64,000 nucleotides of DNA from Actinomycetales bacterium (GCA_027484085.1 JAIXQF010000004.1:710162-774161); one strand, 5' to 3'. Shown: positions 8,331 to 18,218, numbered from the stretch's first letter. Translations and numbers: made by a program. Notes: generated from the letters alone by a model not told the origin.

Positions 8331-10067
8331 TTAATCAATCCATCGGTTAGTGATTGGCATTCTGCGATCTTTACCAAAAGCCTTGCCAGAAACTTTAGGG
8401 CCCGGTGGGTATTGCCGGCGCTTGTATTCAGCACGGTCAGTTAATAACAAAATTCGCTTCACAGTTTCGAGCGAGAATCCAGCTGCAACGATTTGGTCGG
8501 CGCTTCGATCTTGTTCTACATACATCTGAAGAATTGCATCGAGCTCTTCGTAGTCAGGGAGCGAATCGGAATCTTGTTGACCAGGTCGCAACTCTGCACT
8601 TGGTGGTTTTGAAATACTGGATTCGGGAATCGGTGGAGTCTCGTTAGTTGCAATAGCTAGCTGGTTGCGCCATTTGGCTAGTTCCCAAACATCTACTTTG
8701 GGTACGTCCATTAGGGGAGCAAAGCCACCAACGGCGTCTCCATAAATTGTTGAATAGCCAACAGAAAGCTCACTCTTGTTTCCAGTAGCAAGAACCAGAT
8801 GACCTTCTTGGTTAGAAAGGCCCATCAAGGTCATGCCACGAACTCGAGCTTGCAGATTTTCTTCGGCCAATCCAGTCAGATCCAGATTTTCTAGATAGGC
8901 AGAAACCATTGGCTCAATTTCTACCGTGCGAAAGTTAAGGCCAATTCGAGTGGCTGAATCTTTGGCATCCGATTTGGAGTGATCAGATGAGTACTTGGAA
9001 GGCATCGATACGCCATAAACATTCTTTGCACCTATGGCATCTGCCGCAATCGCAGCCACCAAAGCTGAATCAATTCCACCAGATAGGCCAAGCGCAATCG
9101 ATTTGAAACCATTTTTCTGCACATAGTCGCGCAGTGACACTACGAGCGCGGTGTAAACCTCGCCGATGGGATCAAGACGCTTCCGATCCTGCGCAACCAG
9201 GTCTGGTTTCTTTTCATTGCCTGCGCTTACTTGAATAACGGTTACGGGTTCACCATTTGTAAGTGTGGTCTGAGACCCAGCAGGTGCAATTTCAAGATCT
9301 GCAATAAGCATGTCGTCTTCAAACTGGAGCGCACGCTGCAAGACATCGCCATGATTAGAAACAATGATCGAATCGCCTTCGAATACCAATTCGTCTTGTC
9401 CACCGACCATGTTGACGTACGCCAAAGTCGAATTAGCTTCCTGCGCACGACGCTTAACTAGATTTAAGCGAACATCATCTTTATCCCGCTCGTACGGTGA
9501 GCCATTCAGGACAACTAGAAGGCCAGCGCCATTTGACTTAACTTGGGAAACTGGGCCACCGTCTTGCCAAAGATCCTCACAAATTGCCACTGCGATGTCG
9601 ATGCCAAATGCTCGAATCAAAACAGATTCATTTCCTGGAACGAAATATCGGTATTCATCAAATACGCCATAGTTCGGTAGGTGATGTTTGGCATAGCTCG
9701 TTTGAATTTGGCCGTCGTAAATAGCAGCAGCGCAATTCATAGGGCCGCCACGAGGTACGCCAAGAGTTTTGGCCTCTGTGTCATTAGTCCGTCGCAGGTA
9801 GCCAACAAAAACTAAAACTCCACCAAGCCCGGCTGATTTAAGTTGGGCTGCAAAATCTATTGCTGCTTTCTCAGATGCCATTTGAAATGACGGCCGAAGT
9901 GCCAAATCTTCAACTGGGTATCCCGTAACAACCATTTCTGGTAGCACAACGATGTCCGCGCCTTGGGTTGCTGCACTGCTTACTGCGGCTAGACATTTGG
10001 CGACGTTGCCCGCCAAGTCACCTACGACAGGGTTAATTTGCGCTAAAGCCAAGCGAATTTGTGGCAC
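8331..10067 (-). CDS. nadE: Glutamine-dependent NAD+ synthetase (start uncertain; ORF is open to 10106)
   Basis: N-terminal CN-hydrolase domain (CEDLW) plus a C-terminal NAD synthetase P-loop (GLSGGIDS). The GTG at 10067 gives an N-terminus PQIRLALAQINP, typical of NadE. Confidence 0.88.
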   Translation of the reverse strand: MPQIRLALAQINPVVGDLAGNVAKCLAAVSSAATQGADIVVLPEMVVTGYPVEDLALRPSFQMASEKAAIDFAAQLKSAGLGGVLVFVGYLRRTNDTEAKTLGVPRGGPMNCAAAIYDGQIQTSYAKHHLPNYGVFDEYRYFVPGNESVLIRAFGIDIAVAICEDLWQDGGPVSQVKSNGAGLLVVLNGSPYERDKDDVRLNLVKRRAQEANSTLAYVNMVGGQDELVFEGDSIIVSNHGDVLQRALQFEDDMLIADLEIAPAGSQTTLTNGEPVTVIQVSAGNEKKPDLVAQDRKRLDPIGEVYTALVVSLRDYVQKNGFKSIALGLSGGIDSALVAAIAADAIGAKNVYGVSMPSKYSSDHSKSDAKDSATRIGLNFRTVEIEPMVSAYLENLDLTGLAEENLQARVRGMTLMGLSNQEGHLVLATGNKSELSVGYSTIYGDAVGGFAPLMDVPKVDVWELAKWRNQLAIATNETPPIPESSISKPPSAELRPGQQDSDSLPDYEELDAILQMYVEQDRSADQIVAAGFSLETVKRILLLTDRAEYKRRQYPPGPKVSGKAFGKDRRMPITNRWID

Positions 10068-10137
10068 AGGTACAGCATAAATGCAGGCCGGCTTGCTTTG
10101 TAACACAGCCGTAACGCAATGGCTTCATCATGGTCTA

Positions 10138-11475
10138 GTGGACAAACAAACAGAATTCGTATTACGCACCATAGAAGAACGAGACATTCGCTTTGTGCGA
10201 CTTTGGTTTACTGATGTGCTCGGCACACTAAAGTCAGTTGCCATCGCTCCGGCAGAACTTGAGGGTGCGTTCTCTGAAGGTATTGGTTTTGATGGTTCGG
10301 CAATCGAAGGCTTTGCTCGAGTTTATGAATCTGACATGTTGGCGAAACCAGATCCAGAGACATTCACGATCCTGCCTTGGCGTGGCGAGGAAAGCGGCGT
10401 TGCTCGCATGTTCTGCGACATTCAGCTACCTGATGGTTCACCCTCATGGGCCGATCCACGGCACGTACTCACCCGCGCTTTAAGCAAAGCAGCGGACAAA
10501 GGATTTACTTTCTACACTCATCCAGAAATTGAATTCTTCCTTTTCAAGAATCAGCCAGAAAAAGGCCAACAGCCAATCCCAGTTGATGAGGTGGGCTACT
10601 TCGATCACTCGCCAAGCGCTGTTGGATATGACTTCAGACGTCAGGCGATCACGATGCTTGAGTCAATGGGCATCTCAGTTGAGTTCAGTCATCACGAAGG
10701 TGCACCTGGCCAACAGGAAATTGACCTTCGTTATGCGGATGCGCTTACCACCGCTGACAACATCATGACTTTCCGAGTTGTCATGAAAGAAGTTGCTCTT
10801 GCACAAGGTGTCTATGCATCATTTATGCCAAAGCCGTTCTCGCAATACCCAGGCTCAGGCATGCACACACACCTTTCATTATTCGAAGGTGACCGAAATG
10901 CTTTCTATGAAGCTGGTGCTGATTACCAGCTGTCAAAAACTGGACGACAGTTCATTGCCGGCCTGCTGAAACATGCGCCTGAAATCACAGCGGTGACAAA
11001 TCAGTGGGTTAATTCGTACAAGCGTTTAAGTGGTGGTGGGGAAGCGCCATCATTTATATGTTGGGGACACAACAATCGCTCTGCTTTGATTCGAGTACCT
11101 ATGTACAAACCAACAAAGGGAAATTCCACCCGAATTGAATTTCGTTCCTTAGATTCAGCCTGTAACCCGTATTTGTCATTTGCTTTAATGCTGGCAGCTG
11201 GCATGAAGGGGATTGAGGAAGGTTACGAACTACCACCAGGCTCCGAAGATGATGTTTGGTCATTGTCTGAGCCTGAGCGGGCAGCTTTAGGAATTGCCCC
11301 GCTGCCACAATCCTTAGGCGATGCCATCAAGGTTATGGAAAAGAGTGAATTGGTTGCCGAAACTCTTGGCGAACATGTGTTTGACTTTTTCCTACGCAAT
11401 AAGCGTGCTGAATGGGAAGAGTACCGATCACAAGTGACTGCATTCGAACTTGATAAGTACTTACCGGTGCTTTAA
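10138..11475 (+). CDS. glnA2: Glutamine synthetase family protein, GlnA2-type
   Basis: The N-terminus VDKQTEFVLRTIEERDIRFVRLWFTDVLG closely matches my recollection of mycobacterial GlnA2. The ORF is open from 10081. The GTG at 10138 is preferred. Confidence 0.88.
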   Translation: MDKQTEFVLRTIEERDIRFVRLWFTDVLGTLKSVAIAPAELEGAFSEGIGFDGSAIEGFARVYESDMLAKPDPETFTILPWRGEESGVARMFCDIQLPDGSPSWADPRHVLTRALSKAADKGFTFYTHPEIEFFLFKNQPEKGQQPIPVDEVGYFDHSPSAVGYDFRRQAITMLESMGISVEFSHHEGAPGQQEIDLRYADALTTADNIMTFRVVMKEVALAQGVYASFMPKPFSQYPGSGMHTHLSLFEGDRNAFYEAGADYQLSKTGRQFIAGLLKHAPEITAVTNQWVNSYKRLSGGGEAPSFICWGHNNRSALIRVPMYKPTKGNSTRIEFRSLDSACNPYLSFALMLAAGMKGIEEGYELPPGSEDDVWSLSEPERAALGIAPLPQSLGDAIKVMEKSELVAETLGEHVFDFFLRNKRAEWEEYRSQVTAFELDKYLPVL

Positions 11476-12207
11476 ATGAAACCCGTAGTCCTAGTTATTC
11501 AAAATGAAATCGATGATCCAGTGGCATTGGTTGGCCAGTGGATTAACGAAGTGGGCGTAGACGTCGACGTCATTCACGCCTACGAGGGTGAAGCCGTACC
11601 GAGCTCGTTACCAGCTAAATACTCTGGTGCCATCACCATGGGTGGATACATGGGAGCAAACGACGACGTTGAATTCCCTTGGCTAACGGATGCGCGCTCG
11701 ATGATGAAGGACTTGGTGGCCAACGACATTCCGTTCTTTGGGATCTGTCTGGGTGGCCAGTTGTTAGCAACAGCAGTAGATGGCAAGGTCGGCCCGACTC
11801 CGGTTCCAGAAATCGGTGTCGCCTCATTTCGAGTCACCTCCGATGCAGCTCAAGATGCAGTTTTCGGATATCTAGCAGGTAAAGAAGTCATCGCTGCAGA
11901 GTGGCACAAGGATTACATAACTGACTTGCCAGATGATGCCGTTGTGTTGGCCGGAAATGATGTTTGTCCAGTTCAAGCTTTTCGAGTTGGTGAAAATGTT
12001 TATGGCGTGCAATTTCACCCAGAGATTGATTCTCAGATTTTTTCATCTTGGGCAACAACCGACGATGAACTCGCAAAGCTAGATCACACTATTGACCAAG
12101 CGTGCCAGCAAGTTGCCGTTGCCGAAGCTGAGTTGATCAAGACTTGGAGGCCGGCTTTTCAGGCGTGGGCACAACTAGTTAAGGATCAACAGGCAAAAGC
12201 GCTGTGA
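11476..12207 (+). CDS. Class I glutamine amidotransferase (COG0518-like stand-alone GATase1)
   Basis: 243 aa. Nucleophile elbow FFGICLGGQ and GVQFHPE His-Glu motif. The ATG directly abuts the glnA2 TAA. The stop overlaps the glnE start (GTGA). Confidence 0.85.
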   Translation: MKPVVLVIQNEIDDPVALVGQWINEVGVDVDVIHAYEGEAVPSSLPAKYSGAITMGGYMGANDDVEFPWLTDARSMMKDLVANDIPFFGICLGGQLLATAVDGKVGPTPVPEIGVASFRVTSDAAQDAVFGYLAGKEVIAAEWHKDYITDLPDDAVVLAGNDVCPVQAFRVGENVYGVQFHPEIDSQIFSSWATTDDELAKLDHTIDQACQQVAVAEAELIKTWRPAFQAWAQLVKDQQAKAL

Positions 12208-15149
12208 CTGAAGCACGCGGATCGACTCAACTCGCACGCTTAGCGCGAATGGGCTTTGCAAACACCCAAGCCTGCCAAGAAACTTTGAGTAACGTTCCGG
12301 CGCTGGATGCCAAACTTGAGTTCATCAAAGACTCCCCAGATCCAGATGCAGCACTATTTGCCTTAGCCAAGATCGCCGCAACGGGTGGCCTGGCAATTGA
12401 TTCATTGCCTGCTACAGAATTTCGCGACTTGGCAAACTTGCTTGGTTCATCACTTGCCTTGGCAGAACACTTGGAGCGGCATCCTGCCCACATTAACTTT
12501 GCACTCGAAACCACCGATGTCCCAACTGCGGAGCAGATGCTAAATGATTTGTTGGCAGCGGTATCAACCTTAAGTTGGGATGCAGCTTTATTGGCGCTAC
12601 GAGTTGCCTATCGCAGACAGGTATGTGCAATTGCCGCAGTTGACCTTCGGGCTGCCAATGAGAGCACCGTTATCTTGCCGGGGATTGCTCAAGCTCTGAG
12701 TGACTTGGCAGACGCTGTAATGGCTAGTGCGTTAGTTATTGCTCGGGCCAACGTTAAGGACGACGACAAAGTTCGAATGTCCATCATTGCAATGGGCAAA
12801 TGTGGCGCTTGCGAACTTAACTATGTAAGTGACGTAGACGTCATGTTTGTAGTTGAGCCAACCGCGGGTGCTACGGATGAGGAAGCGATTGCAATCGGAA
12901 GCGAAATCGCTAAATCAGTAATGCAGGCATGCTCAGCCGTTACTTCCGAGGGAACCATTTGGGATGTAGATGCTGCCCTTCGACCCGAAGGAAAATCTGG
13001 AGCATTAGTTCGCACTTTGAATAGTTACCTCGATTACTATCATCGCTGGGCGCAAACCTGGGAGTACCAAGCGTTACTTAAAGCACGTCCTATGGCCGGA
13101 GACTTCGAATTAGGAAATGAATTTGTCGACTCCGTCGCACCATTGGTTTGGCAAGCATCAAGTCGACCTAACTTTGTGTCCGATGTGCAGGCCATGCGCG
13201 AGCGAGTCACAGACCTCTTGCCAGCCAAGGATGCTGACCGAGAGTTGAAGTTGGGGCGCGGGGGACTGCGAGACGTTGAGTTTGCCGTTCAACTCTTGCA
13301 AATGGTGCATGGGCGTACAGATGATCTGGTTAGAAATCCAAATACTTTGATTGCCCTGGAGCAACTTGCTACGTGGGGTTATGTCGGAAGAGAAGATGCC
13401 GCTACTTTGGACGCTGCCTATCGGTTTCTTCGAACTTTAGAACATCGAATCCAGCTCTACCGGTTGCGACGAACCCATATCATGCCAACTGATGAATTGG
13501 AGCAGCGTCGACTGGGTAGATCCATGGGCTTTACTATCGAGCCTGTTTCAGACCTAACTAAAGAATGGAAAAAGCATGCACGCGAGGTGCGACGCATTCA
13601 TGAAAAGCTTTTCTATCGCCCGTTGCTGCAAGCGGTAGCCAAATTAGACAACAGCGATTCCAAGCTTTCAACCGATGATGCAAGAAGTCGACTTAAAGCA
13701 CTCGGATATGTTGATCCCGATAGCGCATTGCGCCACTTGGAAGCCTTAACTTCAGGCGTAACAAGGCGCGCTGTGATTCAGCGGACATTACTGCCCGTCA
13801 TGTTGGAGTGGTTTGCCGATACACCTGACCCCGATGCTGGCCTGCTAGGTTTTCGAAGAGTTAGCGAAGCCCTCGGAACTACTCCTTGGTACCTGCGACT
13901 TCTTCGTGACGAATCTGCGACAGCTCAACGTTTGGCAATAATTCTGGGTTCCAGTAGGTATGCCACTGACTTGCTACTAAAGTCTCCAGATGCAGTAAAC
14001 ATTCTTGCAACCGAAGACTCGTTATTGCCTAAACCTGAGGCCGCGCTTCTTGAGGAAGCTATGGCAACAGCAGAAAGGTATGACAACGCAAGTGATGCGG
14101 TGTTGGCGCTGCGAGCGATGCGAAGACGAGAACTTTTCAAGATTAGCGCGTCAGACATTCTTGGTTTAAGTGACATAGAAACAGTCGGTAATCAGTTAGC
14201 AGCGGTGGCTACCGCAACGATTTCAGGAACGCTGTCTGCCATTGTTTCGCGCATGCCTAACGCACCAAGATTTTCAATCATTGCAATGGGTAGATATGGT
14301 GGGGGAGAATTAAGTTACGGCAGTGATGCTGATGTGATGTTTGTATACGGCGATGCCGAAGACGCGACAGACTCAAATGCCATCGAGCAAGCAGCACAGG
14401 CTGCGCATGCAATAGCCAACGAACTTCGCACTCTACTTATGGCGCCAAGCACTGATCCAGAGTTAGCAATTGATGCAGACTTAAGGCCTGAAGGCAAGAG
14501 TGGACCGTTAGCGCGCAGCCTGAATTCCTTCGCAGCGTATTACCAGAATTGGTCTTCAGGGTGGGAGACGCAAGCGCTACTGCGAGCAAAACCGATCGCA
14601 GGGGATGCAACCCTGAGCCAAGAATTTATCTCGCTGATTGACCCAATTCGGTATAGACCAGAGGGGCTGCCCGAATCAGAGCTCCGGGAAATCCGAAGAC
14701 TCAAAGCTCGCATGGAGTCAGAGCGATTGCCTCGGGGCATTGATCCAGGTCTGCACACCAAATTGGGTCCAGGTGGGTTATCAGATATTGAGTGGCTGGT
14801 TCAAATCAAGCAACTCGAACATGGATTCAAGATTCCTGAAATCACAAATTCAGAAACATTGCCCGCTCTTAGACAAGAGGTTGCTGCTGGACTGGTTTCA
14901 CAGTCAGATTTTGCACAACTTGAATCCGCTTGGAAACTCGTAATGCGCGTGCGCAACGCTGCGATGTTGGTGAGGGGTAAGGCTACAGATACGGTTCCAA
15001 CTGACTTAATTGAGTTAAGCCGCGTTTCACACTTACTTGGCTATGGTCTTCGCGGAGGACAGCAGATGACAGATGAATATCGTCGACTAACTCGACGATC
15101 TCGATCCGTTATCAAGCGGGAGTTTTACGGCGAAGTCGACGCGTCTTAG
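12204..15149 (+). CDS. glnE: Bifunctional glutamine synthetase adenylyltransferase / adenylyl-removing enzyme
   Basis: 981 aa with two nucleotidyltransferase modules (GKCGACELNYVSDVDVMFV and GRYGGGELSYGSDADVMFV). Confidence 0.93.
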   Translation: MTEARGSTQLARLARMGFANTQACQETLSNVPALDAKLEFIKDSPDPDAALFALAKIAATGGLAIDSLPATEFRDLANLLGSSLALAEHLERHPAHINFALETTDVPTAEQMLNDLLAAVSTLSWDAALLALRVAYRRQVCAIAAVDLRAANESTVILPGIAQALSDLADAVMASALVIARANVKDDDKVRMSIIAMGKCGACELNYVSDVDVMFVVEPTAGATDEEAIAIGSEIAKSVMQACSAVTSEGTIWDVDAALRPEGKSGALVRTLNSYLDYYHRWAQTWEYQALLKARPMAGDFELGNEFVDSVAPLVWQASSRPNFVSDVQAMRERVTDLLPAKDADRELKLGRGGLRDVEFAVQLLQMVHGRTDDLVRNPNTLIALEQLATWGYVGREDAATLDAAYRFLRTLEHRIQLYRLRRTHIMPTDELEQRRLGRSMGFTIEPVSDLTKEWKKHAREVRRIHEKLFYRPLLQAVAKLDNSDSKLSTDDARSRLKALGYVDPDSALRHLEALTSGVTRRAVIQRTLLPVMLEWFADTPDPDAGLLGFRRVSEALGTTPWYLRLLRDESATAQRLAIILGSSRYATDLLLKSPDAVNILATEDSLLPKPEAALLEEAMATAERYDNASDAVLALRAMRRRELFKISASDILGLSDIETVGNQLAAVATATISGTLSAIVSRMPNAPRFSIIAMGRYGGGELSYGSDADVMFVYGDAEDATDSNAIEQAAQAAHAIANELRTLLMAPSTDPELAIDADLRPEGKSGPLARSLNSFAAYYQNWSSGWETQALLRAKPIAGDATLSQEFISLIDPIRYRPEGLPESELREIRRLKARMESERLPRGIDPGLHTKLGPGGLSDIEWLVQIKQLEHGFKIPEITNSETLPALRQEVAAGLVSQSDFAQLESAWKLVMRVRNAAMLVRGKATDTVPTDLIELSRVSHLLGYGLRGGQQMTDEYRRLTRRSRSVIKREFYGEVDAS

Positions 15150-16102
15150 CGACTTTTCCAAACAGCAATCGCGCCGGCTAGATCCTCAAGTGCAGTTCCG
15201 ACTGACTTAAAGTACGTAATCTCATCGCTTGAAGTTCGACCAGGGTGCACACCGCGGGTCAGATCATGTAAGTCTGCAATTACGTCGTTGACTGAAATGA
15301 TTCCTTCCGAGATTGGAATCGCTAAGTCCCCGCCTTCTTTGAGTGCACCAGTTCGGGTATCGCAAAAAATTGATGCAGATTTAATCAACTCGTCATCGGT
15401 TTCACGCATTGTTGGCGTGAAAGCGCCGACGGTATCTACGTGGGTTCCAGGCTTAAGCCATTTACCAAAAATCAATGGAGTAGTTGTCAGGGTTGCAGCA
15501 GACACAATGTCACTTTTACCAACTGCCGTTACAAGATCAGGATGCGAAGTAACTGGCAATCCTTCACCGCGTAACTGTTCGGCCAATTCATGAGCTTTGC
15601 GAATGTTGTGGTTCCAAAGAAAAACTTCTTGAATCGGTCGCACAGCCATATGCGCACGAATCATGAATGGACTTAGTGCACCGGCACCAATCATGGTGAG
15701 CGTGGAACTTTCAGGACGTGACAAATAAGTAGATGCGAGAGCGGAAGCTGCCGCCGTGCGCCAAACTGTCATGCGAGCGCCATCCATAGTTGCCAGTGGT
15801 TGACCCGTATGACCATCAATCAAGTAATAGAGTCCGTGAATACTTGGCAGATCTAGTTGGCCGTTACTTGGGTAAACCGCAACTAGTTTCACGCCAATGA
15901 AGTTTTCTTCGCCCGGTCCGGTCCATGAAGGCATCAAAAGCAGGGCATTCTCAACTTCTGCGCCAGTGGTATCCAGCCCAGGCATTCCGTGATGATGACG
16001 TAATGGAGTTGTCCATGATCCTGCAAAAGCCTGCTTGAGACTTTCGACTAGTGCCGGGAAAGTTAAAATTCGATCTAATTCAGCCTGGTCTAAATGCAAC
16101 AT
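15146..16102 (-). CDS. Ornithine cyclodeaminase / mu-crystallin family protein
   Basis: 318 aa with family-typical length and Rossmann segment (TMIGAGALS). Converges on glnE with a 4-bp overlap. Confidence 0.82.
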   Translation of the reverse strand: MLHLDQAELDRILTFPALVESLKQAFAGSWTTPLRHHHGMPGLDTTGAEVENALLLMPSWTGPGEENFIGVKLVAVYPSNGQLDLPSIHGLYYLIDGHTGQPLATMDGARMTVWRTAAASALASTYLSRPESSTLTMIGAGALSPFMIRAHMAVRPIQEVFLWNHNIRKAHELAEQLRGEGLPVTSHPDLVTAVGKSDIVSAATLTTTPLIFGKWLKPGTHVDTVGAFTPTMRETDDELIKSASIFCDTRTGALKEGGDLAIPISEGIISVNDVIADLHDLTRGVHPGRTSSDEITYFKSVGTALEDLAGAIAVWKSR

Positions 16103-16130
16103 TGGACACCCCTTATCTCTGCAAGGTTAA

Positions 16131-16154
16131 TCCTGTCCGATTTCCTGTCCAATT
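16131..16154. repeat. 12-bp tandem direct repeat in the divergent OCD/bioY promoter region
   Basis: tcctgtccgatt is followed immediately by tcctgtccaatt (11/12 identical), then tcct again. Confidence 0.85.
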
Positions 16155-16232
16155 CCTAGGTGAAATTTGGCTCAGGTAGGCTGTTTTCACGAGCACAAAC
16201 CAGGGTGCTGAAGTTAAGCGATTGGAAATGCA

Positions 16233-16814
16233 ATGAGCGCAATAGCTGTAAGTGGAGTAGTCGTCGATTCTTGGGCAGCCAAGTCAAGAGTTCGTAACGC
16301 CGCATTGGTTGTTGGGCTTACCGCTCTGACTGCACTATCTGCCTATATTTCAATCCCACTTCCATTCACCCCAGTTCCGCTAACGCTTCAGACTTTTGCG
16401 GTCCTAGCGGGTGCAGCCGCATTGGGAGCTGAGCGCGCTGTAATTTCTCAGGTGCTTTACATAACTTTGGCTGCTGCTGGCGCACCAGTACTCGCAGGTG
16501 GCGCAGGCGGTCGCGAAGAAGTTATCGGAGCAACTGGTGGCTACCTACTTGGCTTCGTAGTGGCGTCTTATGTCGTTGGAAAAATCTCAGCCGCAGGTGC
16601 CTCAACTAAAGTTTCAACAACTGCCTTAGCTTATGTAGCTGGCAGCCTGGTTGTTTATTCCCTTGGCGCACCGTGGCTAGCCTTTGTAACTGGAAACACC
16701 ATGACTTGGGCGATTGCCAACGGCGTAGTGCCGTTCTTTATTGGTGATGCAATTAAGGCAGTTGCAGCTGGCGCTGTGCTTCCAATGGCTTGGAAACTCA
16801 CTCAATCTAAGTAA
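16233..16814 (+). CDS. bioY: Biotin transporter BioY (solitary S component)
   Basis: 193 aa with 6 TM and a BioY-like pattern (PFTPVPLTLQTFAVLL..., GGYLLGF). No bioM or bioN is adjacent. Confidence 0.85.
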   Translation: MSAIAVSGVVVDSWAAKSRVRNAALVVGLTALTALSAYISIPLPFTPVPLTLQTFAVLAGAAALGAERAVISQVLYITLAAAGAPVLAGGAGGREEVIGATGGYLLGFVVASYVVGKISAAGASTKVSTTALAYVAGSLVVYSLGAPWLAFVTGNTMTWAIANGVVPFFIGDAIKAVAAGAVLPMAWKLTQSK

Positions 16815-16820
16815 CAGGCC

Positions 16821-18116
16821 TTAAGCAGGAGCAAATAGCCACAACACTGGTAACGCGGCCATAGCTATAGATCCAACGCCAACCAGCAAGTTTGACCACC
16901 AAGGCGAAGCATGCTCGCCAAGTAGTTTCTTATCGCGGGCCAGCCACCAAATGATGAACATCAAAATTGGTGCCGTTAAGCCGTTTAGTAGCGCCGCAAC
17001 TACGAGTGAGCGCATCGGATTTATTCCGATGAAGTTTAACGCCACAGCAATACCCATTGATACTGCAATGACGGCGTAGAACTGCTTCGCTTGGCTTGGT
17101 TTCCGTTCCAAACTTTCATGCCAACCCATTGCTTCGCTCACTGCATACGCTGTTGAACCGGCCAGAACCGGCACCGCAAGTAGTCCGGTGCCCAGAATAC
17201 CTAAGGCAAAAATCACTCCAGCTGCATCACCAGCAATAGGGGCAAGCGCCAGCGCAGCTTGTTCAGGTGAAGTGATTTCAGTAATACCTTTGGCATTTAA
17301 GGTAGCTGCGGTAGTTGTCATAATTGCAAACATGACAAAGACTCCAGAGAGCATTCCAACTAATACATCACCGCGCATTGCTTTGATGTGACTCTGTGAA
17401 GTGTCAGGCGCTTGTCCGGATTCTTCAATTTCTTCAGCTGCCTGCCAAAAGAATAGGTATGGCGAGATGGTCGTACCAGCAATTGCAATAATGGCTGCGA
17501 TATCGAATCTATTCCAGCCGATCTTTATCTGGGTTAATCCAGTTGCGACTTGGTGCCAATCAACGTTGGCGACTACGAGAACCGCAATGTAACTCAGTAA
17601 AGAAAGACACAGCCATCGCAGAACCCGAGCGTATTGATGGTAGGGGATAAAGATTTCTGCGGCCCCAACTAGAATCGCGATGAAAGCAACAGCGAACAGT
17701 TGTGAAATTGGACTAAACATCGTGACTACTGCAGCCATGGAACTCAGGTCTGCGGCAATGTTAACGGTGTTTGCTAACGCAACCAGAAATACCGTAACGA
17801 TGAGCACCCAGTTGGGCATTCGTCGCTTGATTACCCGAGCCAAACCTTGCCCAGTTACCAAAGCAAGTCGAGCACAGGTTTCCTGAATGGCAAATGCAAA
17901 TGGCAAGAGAATTGGCGCAGCCCATAGAAATCGGTAACCAAATTGCGCGCCAACTTGGGAGTAGGTGCCGATACCTGACGGATCGTCATCTGCTGCGCCC
18001 GTAACGATGCCTGGGCCAATCCGGGAAAAGTAGCCAGCACCTCGAATTTTGTGGCGCACTGGGTGATGCCCGCTGGTTTTAGGCTCTCCATATTCGCCAT
18101 TGGCTTTGGATGTCAC
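16821..18116 (-). CDS. NRAMP-family transporter with a non-canonical metal-binding site
   Basis: 431 aa. TM1 motif DDDPSG (canonical DPGN). TM6 motif GTTISPY (canonical GAxxMPH). GTG start. Confidence 0.82.
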   Translation of the reverse strand: MTSKANGEYGEPKTSGHHPVRHKIRGAGYFSRIGPGIVTGAADDDPSGIGTYSQVGAQFGYRFLWAAPILLPFAFAIQETCARLALVTGQGLARVIKRRMPNWVLIVTVFLVALANTVNIAADLSSMAAVVTMFSPISQLFAVAFIAILVGAAEIFIPYHQYARVLRWLCLSLLSYIAVLVVANVDWHQVATGLTQIKIGWNRFDIAAIIAIAGTTISPYLFFWQAAEEIEESGQAPDTSQSHIKAMRGDVLVGMLSGVFVMFAIMTTTAATLNAKGITEITSPEQAALALAPIAGDAAGVIFALGILGTGLLAVPVLAGSTAYAVSEAMGWHESLERKPSQAKQFYAVIAVSMGIAVALNFIGINPMRSLVVAALLNGLTAPILMFIIWWLARDKKLLGEHASPWWSNLLVGVGSIAMAALPVLWLFAPA

Positions 18117-18218
18117 GCTTTAACTTTACTCAACGCCCGATGTCGCTTGAACCTAAATAAATCCCATTAAATCGTGGATTTTGTGGCAAATGATTCCTGG
18201 TTTTTCTAACTTCTGCAA

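Noticed and set aside
18140-18160. TTAGGTT half-site (minus strand) upstream of the NRAMP-like gene, resembling the start of an IdeR/DtxR box
   Set aside because: Only 7 of 19 positions match, and there is no dyad partner.
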